Shown here in pieces: positions 51,582 to 61,677 of a stretch of DNA of 64,000 nucleotides (position 1 is its first letter; each line of letters starts with the position of its first letter). The notes under the pieces are model-generated. The model had not been told where the DNA came from. It saw nothing but the letters and a program-made list of their open reading frames with translations, and ran no database searches. The position numbers and the translations under genes were made by a program. The stretch is from the NCBI GenBank assembly GCA_963791045.1, contig CAWBQK010000006.1, positions 256,001-320,000 of the forward strand. The letters are read 5' to 3'. The DNA is from Candidatus Latescibacterota bacterium (GTDB lineage: Bacteria; Krumholzibacteriota; Krumholzibacteriia; WVZY01).

Positions 51582-52049
51582 GTGTTTCGTACCTTGGTCA
51601 TTGGATATTGGCATTAATGGTCATCGCGGGAAGCGCCGCGGCGCAGGGCAATTTCGGTTTGGGAATTATTGTAGGAGAGCCCACCGGTTGTCCGGCAAAC
51701 TCTGGGTGTCCGAGAGAACGGCAATTCGATGGCGCAGCGGCCTGGTCGTTTAGCGATGAGGCGGCCCTTCACCTCCACGCGGATTATCTCTTTCACGATT
51801 TTGGCTTGATCGATGTCGAAAAGGGAAAGCTCCCCGTGTATTTCGGTATTGGCGCGCCGGGTGAAATTCGAGAGTAAAAGCAAATTTGGCGTGAGGGTCC
51901 CAGTGGGTCTCGCGTACGTGCTGCAGGACGCGCCCATCGATTTCTTTTTTGAACTGGTGCCTTTGCTCGATCTGATACCCGATACCGATTTTGCGTTCAA
52001 CGCGGCAATCGGCGCCCGTTATTTCTTTGGAGGCGGCGGATCGGAGTAG
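51582..52049 (+). CDS. Small outer-membrane beta-barrel (DUF3996-like), frameshifted
   Basis: FGLGIIVGEPTG, LHLHADYL, GVRVPVG, GARYFF; RBS AGGAGGG. Confidence 0.7.
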
Positions 52050-52224
52050 CCGACCCGCGGTGGTTTCCGGGTACGCATTCGCGGCGGCCCGCCGGGACGA
52101 CTATTGCCCCAAATAGTCTCCGGGAGCGCGGCAAACTTTTTGGCATTTAAAGCGGATTTGGTGTATTATTCTCTCTCCCGAGTTCTCAGCTCGGGCGAGT
52201 TTTTTCTATTTGGGAGGTCCGCGG

Positions 52225-53907
52225 ATGAGATTGGTCGAATGCGTACCGAATTTTAGCGAAGGTCAAAATCAGACTATTATAGACGCCATTGCGGCGGCGA
52301 TCAGTGATTCGGACGGCGCGCACCTGCTCGATGTCGATCCGGGGAAAGACACGAACAGAACCGTTGTGACATTTGTCGCTGATTATGACGAGGTTGTCCA
52401 GGCTGCTTTCAACGCGATCCAAACAGCGTCACGTCTTATCGACATGAGTAAGCACACGGGGGCGCACGCACGAATGGGCGCCACGGATGTTTGTCCCTTC
52501 GTTCCAGTGAGCGGCGTCACAATGGAAGACTGCGTCACTCTGGCCAATGAACTGGGACGACGGGTCGGTGAAGAACTGGGAATACCTGTTTATCTCTACG
52601 AACACGCGGCCAAAACCGAGGAGCGGAGAAACCTCGCCACGGTCAGGTCCGGCGAGTATGAAGGGCTTGCCGACAAGCTGGCCGATCCCCATTGGAAACC
52701 GGATTACGGCCCCGCCGAGTTCAACCCGAGGACCGGGGCCACGGCTATCAGCGCGCGCGAATTCCTGATTGCTTACAACGTCAACCTGAATACGCGCGAT
52801 CCAAAGCTTGCCAACGATATCGCGCTTTCGATCCGCGAGGCGGGCCGCAACAAGCGCGACGAAAATGGAAAATTTGTGCGCGACGAAAATGGAGTTCCGA
52901 TCAAGGCGCCCGGCACGCTCAAGGCCTGCAAGGCGGTGGGATGGTACATCGAGGAGTATAAACAGGCCCAGATATCGATAAACCTCGTGAACTACAATAT
53001 TACGTCGCCGCACGCGGCTTTTGACGAAGCCAAACGTCAGGCGGAAGAGCGCGGGATGCGTGTGACGGGGAGCGAACTCGTAGGGCTCCTTCCGCTCGAC
53101 GCGATGCTGCAGGCGGGGGAACACTACTTGAAACTTCAGGGCCGATCGACGGGGGTACCGGAGAAGGATCTCATCCGGACTGCGATCCAGTCGCTGGGTC
53201 TCGAGGACATAACCCCGTTTGATCCCCAGCAAAAAATTATCGAGTACCGGGTCGCCGGCGAGACGGTGCTTGCTGACAGCACCATCCGCGATTTCCTCGA
53301 CGAGACGTCGATCGACTCTCCGGTCCCGGGTGGAGGCAGCGTCGCGGCGCTCATGGGTTCGCTCGCCTGTGCGCTCGGAGCCATGGTGGCAAACCTCACC
53401 GTGGGCAAAAAAGGGTACAAGGATGTCAGCGAGGAAATGAAATCCGTAGCCGCCGCCGCGCAGAAGCTCAAAGACAAGTTTCTCAAGGCCGTGGACGATG
53501 ATTCCAATGCTTTCGACAATGTGATGGCGGCGTTCAAGCTCCCCAAAAGTAGCGAGGCGGAGGGCCGTCACCGCGACGAGATGATAGAGGCGGCGACCCG
53601 GGGAGCCGTGGACGTGCCGATGTCGGTTCTCAAGTGGTGCGACGAGTCGCTTGACCTGATAGAAGCGGTTGCCAAAAAGGGGAACGAGAACTCGTTGAGT
53701 GACGCCGGAGTGGCCGCCCTGGCCGTCAGGGCGGGTGCGGCGGGTGCGGCGCTGAACGTTCTGATCAACCTGCCGGGCTTGTCGGACGCGGCTTATGTCA
53801 AGACGGCCAGAAAAGAGGCGTCGGAACTGTGCGATCGGGTTACGGAGCGCAGCAACGCCATTTATCAGCATGTGCTCGATCATCTTGAGAAGAGCTTCGA
53901 AGGGTAG
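52225..53907 (+). CDS. ftcD: Glutamate formiminotransferase / formiminotetrahydrofolate cyclodeaminase (fused)
   Basis: LVECVPNFSEG, HARMGATDVCPF, GSELVGL, PGGGSVAA, NVLINL. Confidence 0.92.
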   Translation: MRLVECVPNFSEGQNQTIIDAIAAAISDSDGAHLLDVDPGKDTNRTVVTFVADYDEVVQAAFNAIQTASRLIDMSKHTGAHARMGATDVCPFVPVSGVTMEDCVTLANELGRRVGEELGIPVYLYEHAAKTEERRNLATVRSGEYEGLADKLADPHWKPDYGPAEFNPRTGATAISAREFLIAYNVNLNTRDPKLANDIALSIREAGRNKRDENGKFVRDENGVPIKAPGTLKACKAVGWYIEEYKQAQISINLVNYNITSPHAAFDEAKRQAEERGMRVTGSELVGLLPLDAMLQAGEHYLKLQGRSTGVPEKDLIRTAIQSLGLEDITPFDPQQKIIEYRVAGETVLADSTIRDFLDETSIDSPVPGGGSVAALMGSLACALGAMVANLTVGKKGYKDVSEEMKSVAAAAQKLKDKFLKAVDDDSNAFDNVMAAFKLPKSSEAEGRHRDEMIEAATRGAVDVPMSVLKWCDESLDLIEAVAKKGNENSLSDAGVAALAVRAGAAGAALNVLINLPGLSDAAYVKTARKEASELCDRVTERSNAIYQHVLDHLEKSFEG

Positions 53908-54030
53908 GGGGGCGGCCCCGTCTTTGTGAACCAGGGGGCGCATAGGTAGTTGCATCGGTGTCCGAATTGCTGTATTTTTACCCGGAACATCGAGCACATG
54001 TCAATCAACCAACAAAAAAAAGGAGGAAGC

Positions 54031-54303
54031 ATGAGCGGTGATAACTTCAGGGGAATCCTCGAATCCTGGGTTGGAAGCCAGGTAACCGTTGTTAACCCAG
54101 AAAGCTTCAAATCGACAGCACTCGGACAGGGACTGTCTTTTCAATCATACGCAGCCCAGGTCGTCGTTGTTGGCGACGATTACGTCAAGCTGTCTTTCGC
54201 GGCGGTCAAGAAGGATGCTCAGACCGATGTGGAGCAGATCATTCCCGTCTATCTGATCAAGAGGGTTTCTATCTGGGGTGAGGAAAAACTCATTCACCTG
54301 TAG
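54031..54303 (+). CDS. Small hypothetical protein, possible Sm-like/SH3 barrel
   Basis: Strong RBS AGGAGG; 90 aa; VGSQVTV...VGDDYVKL...IIP..IKRV. Confidence 0.65.
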   Translation: MSGDNFRGILESWVGSQVTVVNPESFKSTALGQGLSFQSYAAQVVVVGDDYVKLSFAAVKKDAQTDVEQIIPVYLIKRVSIWGEEKLIHL

Positions 54304-54883
54304 ACGCCTGGATTGAACACTCGATACCGGGCCACTTCGCACGGGGTGGTTCCGGTTTGAGCTGTTCAAGCGCCTTTTCGAAATAAGCGATGTAGTTTCT
54401 TAAGCCCGTTTTTCTCATATCGACCGCACGCCTTGCGATGGAATGGACCAGCATGGCGCACTCCGGTCGGATCCCCCCACCAGTAGTGTGATATTCCACG
54501 GGCAGCCGGACATAGTATGGCGGAGAGTCGATCAATGTCCAGTGTCTGGCCAGCGCAAAGACGTCACAACTTCTTTCTCCCGCGGGAACCCCGTGGGCGC
54601 CCTGAAGAAGATGGACGAATTCGTGCGTAAGCGAGTGGTACGATGTCTGCGCCGGGTTGATCCACAGTTCGTCGCCGCCCGGCACCGCCATCCCGGCGGC
54701 GGCGCGTGTCAGCCCAACCTTCAATGTCTTTCCATCCAGTTCGGGAAAAAACCGTCTTACATAGTGGAGTTTTCGGATGAGACCGTTGAGGTAGCGATGC
54801 CTCAACAGCGGACGCGTAAATACGAATCCGCTTTCGTTCTCGTCAAAAGAGAGGGAGAGTTGACTGGATGGTTTTTTTGCCAC
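54290..54883 (-). CDS. Hypothetical HExxH zinc-metalloprotease-like protein
   Basis: LTHEFVHLLQ, ERSCD; directly downstream of the aminopeptidase. Confidence 0.6.
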   Translation of the reverse strand: MAKKPSSQLSLSFDENESGFVFTRPLLRHRYLNGLIRKLHYVRRFFPELDGKTLKVGLTRAAAGMAVPGGDELWINPAQTSYHSLTHEFVHLLQGAHGVPAGERSCDVFALARHWTLIDSPPYYVRLPVEYHTTGGGIRPECAMLVHSIARRAVDMRKTGLRNYIAYFEKALEQLKPEPPRAKWPGIECSIQASTGE

Positions 54884-54887
54884 GGCA

Positions 54888-55850
54888 CTAAATCGTGAGC
54901 TTGCCGTTCTTCATTATCGTCTTGCCATCCAGCGTGATCGTGGGTTTGAACACGATCGTATCGATATGAAGCGTACTGGGATTCTTGCCGCCAGGATAAC
55001 TCGTGTTATCCCCGAAGGCGACGTGACACGTGCCGTAGACCTTTTCATCTTCGAGAATAAGCCCGGTTACCTTCGCGCTCTTATTGGTGCCGATTGCGAA
55101 CTCGGCGACAAAAGACGCGCCGTCATGGCCGTCCCTCTTCGACGCGTTTTCGACGAGCCGTTTGAACCGCCGCCCCGATGGATTCCCATCGTACTTGACG
55201 ATGTGGCCGTTTTTAAGTTCGAGTACGGTGGGTTCGGTGATCCATTCGCCGCATCGGTCGACGACAAGTATGCCTTTTGCCGTTTTTGGCGCCAGTTCGG
55301 TCTCGCCGGTCGGAAGGTTCGTGCACATTCCTTTTTTCTGGAGGTTGCCGTCGCTGACGACCGCCCTATTCCGGATATCGAGAACCAGTTCGGTGCCCGA
55401 TTTCGATGTCACGTGCGCGACTTTGGCTTTGTCGAGATAGCCATGGACCTTTTTGGTCAGTTTCTGAATCTCCTCGTAATCCGCGCTAAGCCCGCGGACA
55501 AAAAAGTCTTCCGAAATACCGGGCATCGTCGCCATGCGGGCCCCGGCTCTGCAGGCGCGTTTTCTTGCCGCGGTATGTGTAATGCTCATGATCGTCGGGG
55601 CGACGATAACGTCGGATTTGGCCATGGCATCCGCCACGAGGGGGGGCGGTTCCTCGCCGTTCATTTCGCCGGTCGGGTAATATACAAGGGCGGCCTGGGC
55701 GCCGAGCTTGACCCCTTCGTTGTACAGGGCTTCGCCGATCCGCTGATTCTCGGGGTTGGTCACGATGAGAAGTTTTTCGTTATGTTGGACCGCAAGACAC
55801 TGCGTAAGCGCCGTTCGAGCCGCGCGGGCCATCTTTTTATCGGTGATCAT
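54888..55850 (-). CDS. M29 (aminopeptidase T-like) metallopeptidase
   Basis: NLPTGE, AEFAIGTN, LEDEKVYGTCHVAFG, HID. Confidence 0.88.
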   Translation of the reverse strand: MITDKKMARAARTALTQCLAVQHNEKLLIVTNPENQRIGEALYNEGVKLGAQAALVYYPTGEMNGEEPPPLVADAMAKSDVIVAPTIMSITHTAARKRACRAGARMATMPGISEDFFVRGLSADYEEIQKLTKKVHGYLDKAKVAHVTSKSGTELVLDIRNRAVVSDGNLQKKGMCTNLPTGETELAPKTAKGILVVDRCGEWITEPTVLELKNGHIVKYDGNPSGRRFKRLVENASKRDGHDGASFVAEFAIGTNKSAKVTGLILEDEKVYGTCHVAFGDNTSYPGGKNPSTLHIDTIVFKPTITLDGKTIMKNGKLTI

Positions 55851-56060
55851 CCCGCTCTCCTTTTTTTGGGTTTATAAAAGTCGCCGGGCGAGGGCGCGAG
55901 AACAAAATCGGCCGGTAGGAATAAACTCTTGTATGCAAAGCGAATAGTGGCATTTCCAGGTGGATTCCATTTTTTTACAGGTGTATTACTACCAGAGTTA
56001 CATTAGCGTAAGTCCGCGTCAACTGGTTTTTTGCGCCGTTTATCCCCAGACACGACGCGA

Positions 56061-56215
56061 CTGGCACGGGTCCGTCCGGTGCGGCCTTTCGAAAGGCCCT
56101 TTCGCGGGAGCGAGCGAGGCCGAAGGTCCGGCTCATCCGGAACCACTGTCGGCGTAGCCGACAGTTAGCCGAGCGAAGCGGAGCGAGGGCCGGAGAATGA
56201 TCGCACCGTCGCCAG
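56061..56215. repeat. Dispersed structured repeat, module A copy in inverted orientation
   Basis: Reverse complement of 40838-40958 plus an extra segment of about 20 nt. Confidence 0.88.
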
Positions 56216-56320
56216 AAGGCAGCTGTTCCGAACCGAAATATATCGTTGAAGGCGAAGTATTCTGTTGCGGAAACGCCGCGGGAACGTTAATATCTTCACA
56301 ATCTACTTGTGCATAGTTTG

Positions 56321-56411
56321 ATCCTTTTAATCTGGTCCGGGAGGCCAGGAAAGGGCAGAGGAGATGGTTGAACTTCACCCCCGACATTAGACGCGGCGGG
56401 TGATTTTTTTT
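56321..56411 (+). promoter_or_regulatory. PyrR-binding attenuator leader with terminator
   Basis: CCTTTTAA-TCTGGTCCGGGAGGCCAGG-AAAGG resembles the PyrR binding loop; followed by TCACCC..GGGTGA-T8; directly upstream of pyrR. Confidence 0.78.
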
Positions 56412-56465
56412 GCCCTCATCGACCTTCCGTATTTTGATCAGATCTCCCAAACCGGAGGAACCACA

Positions 56466-57023
56466 TTGGGATTCAAGGCAAAAGCCACAATCATGGACGA
56501 GGACCAGATACGCCGTGCGATCAAACGGATTTCACATGAAATCGTCGAGCGCAACCGGGGTATCGAAGAGGTTGTTGTCGTCGGGATTCGCAGGCGAGGA
56601 GTGTTTCTCGCGCAACGGATAGCCGAATATCTTCAGAAAATCGAGGGCGCCGAAGTTCCCTTTGGCGCGCTGGACATCACGCTCTACCGGGATGATTTCC
56701 AGGTCACTCGCAATATCCAGACGAGACCGGTGGTTGGCACTACCGAGATCAAGACTCAGATTACCGAAAAAGTAATCGTCCTCGTCGATGACGTGCTTTT
56801 TACGGGGAGGACCATCCGGGCGGCGCTCGATGAACTTATCGATTTCGGCCGGCCAAAACAGATACAGCTCGCTGTTCTCGTTGATCGGGGACACAGGGAG
56901 TTTCCAATTAAAGCGGACTATGTCGGTCGCAATGTTCCGACTTCTGAAAACCAACTCGTCGAGGTCCGGCTTGCTGAACTCGACGGAGTGGACGAAGTCC
57001 TTCTTGGGGAGATGGCAGAATGA
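56466..57023 (+). CDS. pyrR: Pyrimidine regulator / uracil phosphoribosyltransferase
   Basis: [38 protein letters not shown]. Confidence 0.95.
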   Translation: MGFKAKATIMDEDQIRRAIKRISHEIVERNRGIEEVVVVGIRRRGVFLAQRIAEYLQKIEGAEVPFGALDITLYRDDFQVTRNIQTRPVVGTTEIKTQITEKVIVLVDDVLFTGRTIRAALDELIDFGRPKQIQLAVLVDRGHREFPIKADYVGRNVPTSENQLVEVRLAELDGVDEVLLGEMAE

Positions 57024-58006
57024 GTCGACTTTTCCAGAAAGACCTGCTGGGTCTAGAGGGGGTTACCACCGAAGAACTCGGATTGATTCTCGATACGGCC
57101 GCTTCTTTCAAGGAGATATCGGAGAGACCTGTGAAGAAGGTTCCGGCGCTCCGCGGCAAGACGATCGTCAATCTGTTCTTCGAGGCGAGCACGAGGACAC
57201 GCGCGAGTTTTGAGCTTGCGGAAAAGCGTTTGAGCGCCGACACCGTGAACATCTCAAAATCGGGCAGCAGTGTCGCCAAAGGTGAGACGCTGCGCGACAC
57301 CGCCGAAAATCTTGAGGCGATGAAAATTGATTTGATCGTCATCCGCCACGGTGCTTCCGGCGCGCCGCACCTGCTCGCATCGCTGCTCGACGCGTCGGTC
57401 GTAAACGCCGGCGATGGAACTCATGAACATCCCACACAGGGACTTCTCGACATTTTCACCCTGCGTGAAAAATGGGGAAGCCTCGAAGGGAAAAACATCA
57501 CCATCATCGGTGATATCACTCACAGCCGGGTGGCCCGGTCGAATATTTTCGGCCTGGTGACGCTTGGGGCGAATGTGACGGTATGTGGACCGCCGACAAT
57601 GATCCCGCCGCAGATCGAAGAACTTGGCGTTACCGTGCAGACGAATCTCGAGAAGGCGATAGTAGACGCCGACGCGGTGAACGTCCTTCGAATCCAGCTA
57701 GAACGGCAAAACGTCAGCCTCTTCCCGAGTTCCGCCGAGTACGCGTCGGTGTACGGGATAAACCGCAAACGACTCTCAATGATGAGGCCGGAATGCATCA
57801 TTATGCACCCGGGCCCGATGAACCGCGGTGTCGAAATTAGCCAGAATGTCGCCGACGGCGACCGCGCGGTGATTCTCGAACAAGTTACCAACGGTGTCGC
57901 GGTCCGAATGGCCGTTCTTTACCTGCTCTGCGAAGGGGCGCAGAAGGGGAAAGCATTTTCCGAAGTCAAAGTCGAAGAGGCGAAAGCGGACTCGACGGCG
58001 GTGTGA
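57020..58006 (+). CDS. pyrB: Aspartate carbamoyltransferase
   Basis: [22 protein letters not shown]. Confidence 0.95.
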   Translation: MSRLFQKDLLGLEGVTTEELGLILDTAASFKEISERPVKKVPALRGKTIVNLFFEASTRTRASFELAEKRLSADTVNISKSGSSVAKGETLRDTAENLEAMKIDLIVIRHGASGAPHLLASLLDASVVNAGDGTHEHPTQGLLDIFTLREKWGSLEGKNITIIGDITHSRVARSNIFGLVTLGANVTVCGPPTMIPPQIEELGVTVQTNLEKAIVDADAVNVLRIQLERQNVSLFPSSAEYASVYGINRKRLSMMRPECIIMHPGPMNRGVEISQNVADGDRAVILEQVTNGVAVRMAVLYLLCEGAQKGKAFSEVKVEEAKADSTAV

Positions 58007-58025
58007 CTCACTTCAAGGGGGATCG

Positions 58026-59354
58026 ATGCAAGATCTATCAAAATGGCAGGGTGAAACAGAATATGTCGTAGCGAATGTCACCGTCGTAGATCCCGAGCGG
58101 GGCAGTGTCCAGTCCGGTCACGTCGGCGTGCGAGACGGTAAGATCGTGTTCGTGGGAGGCGGCGATCCCGAGGTGACGACGATGCCCGTGTTCGACGGCG
58201 GCGGATTGCACCTGGCCCCGGGTTTTGTCGATATTCACGTGCATCTTCGCGAACCGGGGTTCGAATACAAAGAGACCATCCTCACCGGTGCGATGGCGGC
58301 GGCCGCGGGCGGGTTTACGTCGGTGGCGTGTATGCCAAACACAAACCCCGCGATCGACGAGAAAAGTGTCGTCGAATTTATTATACGCAAAGCAAAGATA
58401 GCCGGATTTGCGAAAGTATATCCCGTCGCCGCGGCGACGGTGGGGCGAAAAGGCGAGACGCTTTGCGAATACAGCGAACTGGTCGAAGCGGGCGCCGTTG
58501 CGGTGAGCGACGATGGCTCGCCGGTGTCCTCGGCTCAGATGGCGCGGCGCGTTCTCGAGTACTCGTCGAAATACGACATTCCTTTCATGGAGCACTGCGA
58601 AGACAAATCGGCGAGCGCTGGCGGAGTAATGCACGAGGGGTACTATTCCACAAAACTTGGGCTCCGCGGCGACCCCGCTTATAGCGAAGAGATTTGTCTG
58701 GCGCGCGACCTGTTGATCTTGAAGACGATTCCAGCAAAATACCACGCGCAACATCTTTCCTCGGGCGGATCGATAGAGCTCGTCCGCGACGCAAAAAAAC
58801 GGGGACTTCCGGTGACCGCTGAAACGGCGCCTCATTACCTCTGTCTTGAGGACAAGGATCTCGAAACGTACAATACGTCGCTCAAGATCAACCCGCCGAT
58901 TCGGGCCGCATCGGACCGGGAAGCCCTGATTGAAGGACTCAAGGATGGCACGATAGACTGTATCGCGTCGGATCATGCGCCGCATGCCGCCCATGAAAAA
59001 CAGGTGGAATTCGACGTGGCGCCTCCCGGCGGTATTGGCCTCGAGACCACTTTTTCGGTTATAATGACCCATCTCGTGAAGCCGGGCCACCTGGGTCTGG
59101 CCGACGCGCTTGCGCTTATAACACACCGGCCGGCGAGGATCATCGGTATCCCAGCCGGAACTCTCGACACGGACGCGCCGGCGGATTTAACGTTGTTCGA
59201 TCCAGACGAGGAATGGACTGTCGAGGCGGGCTGCTTTCACTCGAAATCCAAAAATTCGCCGTACATCGGACACAAGATGGTCGGCAAGGTCAAACACACG
59301 ATTGTTGACGGGCGGGTTGTCACCTCGTTGCTTCAGAAAGACGAAGCGGTCTGA
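58026..59354 (+). CDS. pyrC: Dihydroorotase
   Basis: DIHVHLREPG, MPNT, KINPP, ASDHAPH. Confidence 0.93.
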   Translation: MQDLSKWQGETEYVVANVTVVDPERGSVQSGHVGVRDGKIVFVGGGDPEVTTMPVFDGGGLHLAPGFVDIHVHLREPGFEYKETILTGAMAAAAGGFTSVACMPNTNPAIDEKSVVEFIIRKAKIAGFAKVYPVAAATVGRKGETLCEYSELVEAGAVAVSDDGSPVSSAQMARRVLEYSSKYDIPFMEHCEDKSASAGGVMHEGYYSTKLGLRGDPAYSEEICLARDLLILKTIPAKYHAQHLSSGGSIELVRDAKKRGLPVTAETAPHYLCLEDKDLETYNTSLKINPPIRAASDREALIEGLKDGTIDCIASDHAPHAAHEKQVEFDVAPPGGIGLETTFSVIMTHLVKPGHLGLADALALITHRPARIIGIPAGTLDTDAPADLTLFDPDEEWTVEAGCFHSKSKNSPYIGHKMVGKVKHTIVDGRVVTSLLQKDEAV

Positions 59355-59390
59355 TCTCGTTTGTGCGTGATCGAAGATACGGAAATTGTC

Positions 59391-60827
59391 ATGAAGACTA
59401 ATCGTCATACACTTTTGGTTTATGGCCTGGCCGGCGTCCTTGTGCTCGCCGTCGTGATCGGCGGAATGGGGTGCGCGTACTACAATACGTTCTACAACGC
59501 CAAGCGGCTTTACGGGGAAGCCCAGGAGACGCCCAGGGCAAAAGATGGGACGGTGAGCCGGGCGGTCCAGGACAAGTATGACGAGGTGATCAAGAAATGC
59601 GAACAACTGCTGGAAACCTACCCGAATAGCAAACATGTAGATGATGCGATTCTTCTGATCGGCAAATGTTTGTATGAAGTGGAGGAATACGACGACGCCC
59701 TGGTCAGGTTTGCCGAACTAGATGAAAACTTTCCCGACAGCAAGCTGAATAATGAAGCCAAGCTCTTCGTGGCGAAATGTTACATCGCCAAAGGAGATGA
59801 TGACCTCGCCGTTCCCGTTCTTGAAGCGGCGGTTGGAGACAAACCCAAAAAGGCCTCCGATGAGATGCTGTATCTCTTGGGAACCTCTCTTTTGAGGGCG
59901 GACAGGGATGATGATGCGGTGCAGTACTTCGAGATACTCGCCGACAAATATCCCAACAGTCCCTACCGCGTCGACGCGGACCTCGAGGCGTCGAACGTGT
60001 ACTCCGAACGCGGCGAGTATGACAAAAGCCTCGTGATATACGAGAAGTTGAGAAAGGTCAGATTAAAGGAGCCCGAACACATCCGTTTTCTCTCGAGCCT
60101 GGCGGAACTGTACGTCAACATGGGCCAGTACGAAAACGCCCTCGTCGTGTTCGAGGAATTGGAGGGCTTTGTTATCGATCCGACGGTCAAAGCGGGGAAC
60201 TCGCTGATTCTCGGGAGGGCGCAGGCGGGAATGGATTCGGTCGCGACCGCGATCGGCACGTATACGATGATTACGACGAGCTATCCGCGGTCAAAGTTCA
60301 GCGCGGAGGCGTATTTTCGCCTGGGAGAACTGTACCAGGATAGCCTCGACAGTCTCCAGGTTGCGCAGCAGAAATTCGACAATGTTCCCCGGCAGTACGC
60401 GAGTTCCGAGTTCGCCGATGAGGCGGTGTCGCGGAGCGTGAGTATCTCGAAACTCCTCAGGCTGCGCGCGTCGATGGAGTCCGGCGAGGGCGAGAACAAT
60501 GCCGCGGTTCAGTTCGATCTTGCCGAGATACAATTGTTTCAGCTCAAGGATTACAACAAAGCGCTCGAAGGTTACACCAAGGTGCTGAACGATTTCCCCG
60601 ATGACGAACTCGCTCCGAAAGCGGCCTACGCCATAGCGTTTATATACGAAACTTATCTGAAGGATGAGATAAAGGCCCAGGAGGCGTACGAGGTCTTGTT
60701 GATCCGGTATCCGGACTCGCAGCAGGCCGGTTTTGCAAGGTCGGCGCTGGCTCAGATACGAGGCGAGGTTCAATTTGATCCTCAAAGCGAGGAACAACAA
60801 GAGATTCAAAGTCAGGAACCAGAATGA
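59391..60827 (+). CDS. TPR lipoprotein (BamD/SprE-PorW-like)
   Basis: Lipobox GMG-C, YYNTFYNA, repeated YPxS TPR caps. Confidence 0.75.
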   Translation: MKTNRHTLLVYGLAGVLVLAVVIGGMGCAYYNTFYNAKRLYGEAQETPRAKDGTVSRAVQDKYDEVIKKCEQLLETYPNSKHVDDAILLIGKCLYEVEEYDDALVRFAELDENFPDSKLNNEAKLFVAKCYIAKGDDDLAVPVLEAAVGDKPKKASDEMLYLLGTSLLRADRDDDAVQYFEILADKYPNSPYRVDADLEASNVYSERGEYDKSLVIYEKLRKVRLKEPEHIRFLSSLAELYVNMGQYENALVVFEELEGFVIDPTVKAGNSLILGRAQAGMDSVATAIGTYTMITTSYPRSKFSAEAYFRLGELYQDSLDSLQVAQQKFDNVPRQYASSEFADEAVSRSVSISKLLRLRASMESGEGENNAAVQFDLAEIQLFQLKDYNKALEGYTKVLNDFPDDELAPKAAYAIAFIYETYLKDEIKAQEAYEVLLIRYPDSQQAGFARSALAQIRGEVQFDPQSEEQQEIQSQEPE

Positions 60828-61666
60828 GCGACCACCCCATAACGAACCGGGTCCTCCCCCATCGTTATACTTCTTCGATAATAGACAAAAAAGAATTGAG
60901 CGCGCGGTATTACCTCGTGGTTCTTGATCGGCCGCGGGGTTTTCCTGATCCGGGCGCGGGAACATTCATTCATTTGCTGCTCCCCAACCCGCGCGAAGAC
61001 GGCGCGGCGGGCAGGTTTTTTCTCAGACGGCCGTTCAGTATCCTGGACTGTGACGGCAGGACGTTGTCGCTTCTCATTGTCGAGAAGGGGGCGGGTACAC
61101 ACCTTCTTCGCCAGATCCCTTGCGGAACAAAACTCGATTTTATCGGTCCATTGGGGAGCGTGTTTCCCGAACTACCCGGGCGGAAGGTGCTTGCCGTCGG
61201 CGGAGGTGTCGGTCTGGCGCCGTTGTATTTCTATGGAGCGGCGTGGACGACGGCGGTGTGCGATGAGTATCGGTTGATTTACGGTGCGCGGACACGGAAC
61301 GATCTTTTTCTCGATGCGTTTGACTGGCGTGTCGATGGGGTGAAATTTTCGACGGATGACGGAAGTTTCGGAATGAAGGGCGACGTTGCCCAGCTGGCCG
61401 CGGAAGAGATCGAGGGCTCGAAGTATGACGCGATTTTCTCATGCGGACCGACTCCGATGCTGAAGTCAGTGGACGAGGTTGCCCGTTCGAACGGGATCAC
61501 TCATTATGTGTCTTTGGAAAACAGAATGGCGTGTGGTGTTGGGGCGTGCCGGTCCTGCGTCGTGTTATGGAAGGGCGGAGGGCTGGAAGAATACAAGACT
61601 GTGTGTCATGACGGGCCCGTGTTCAACGCGGATGACCTCGTCTGGGATAAACTCCCGGAAATTTGA
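60824..61666 (+). CDS. pyrK: Dihydroorotate dehydrogenase electron-transfer subunit
   Basis: RRPFS, GGGVGLAP, CGPTPM, MACGVGACRSC..C. Confidence 0.92.
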   Translation: MSDHPITNRVLPHRYTSSIIDKKELSARYYLVVLDRPRGFPDPGAGTFIHLLLPNPREDGAAGRFFLRRPFSILDCDGRTLSLLIVEKGAGTHLLRQIPCGTKLDFIGPLGSVFPELPGRKVLAVGGGVGLAPLYFYGAAWTTAVCDEYRLIYGARTRNDLFLDAFDWRVDGVKFSTDDGSFGMKGDVAQLAAEEIEGSKYDAIFSCGPTPMLKSVDEVARSNGITHYVSLENRMACGVGACRSCVVLWKGGGLEEYKTVCHDGPVFNADDLVWDKLPEI

Positions 61667-61677
61667 GGGTAAAGAAA

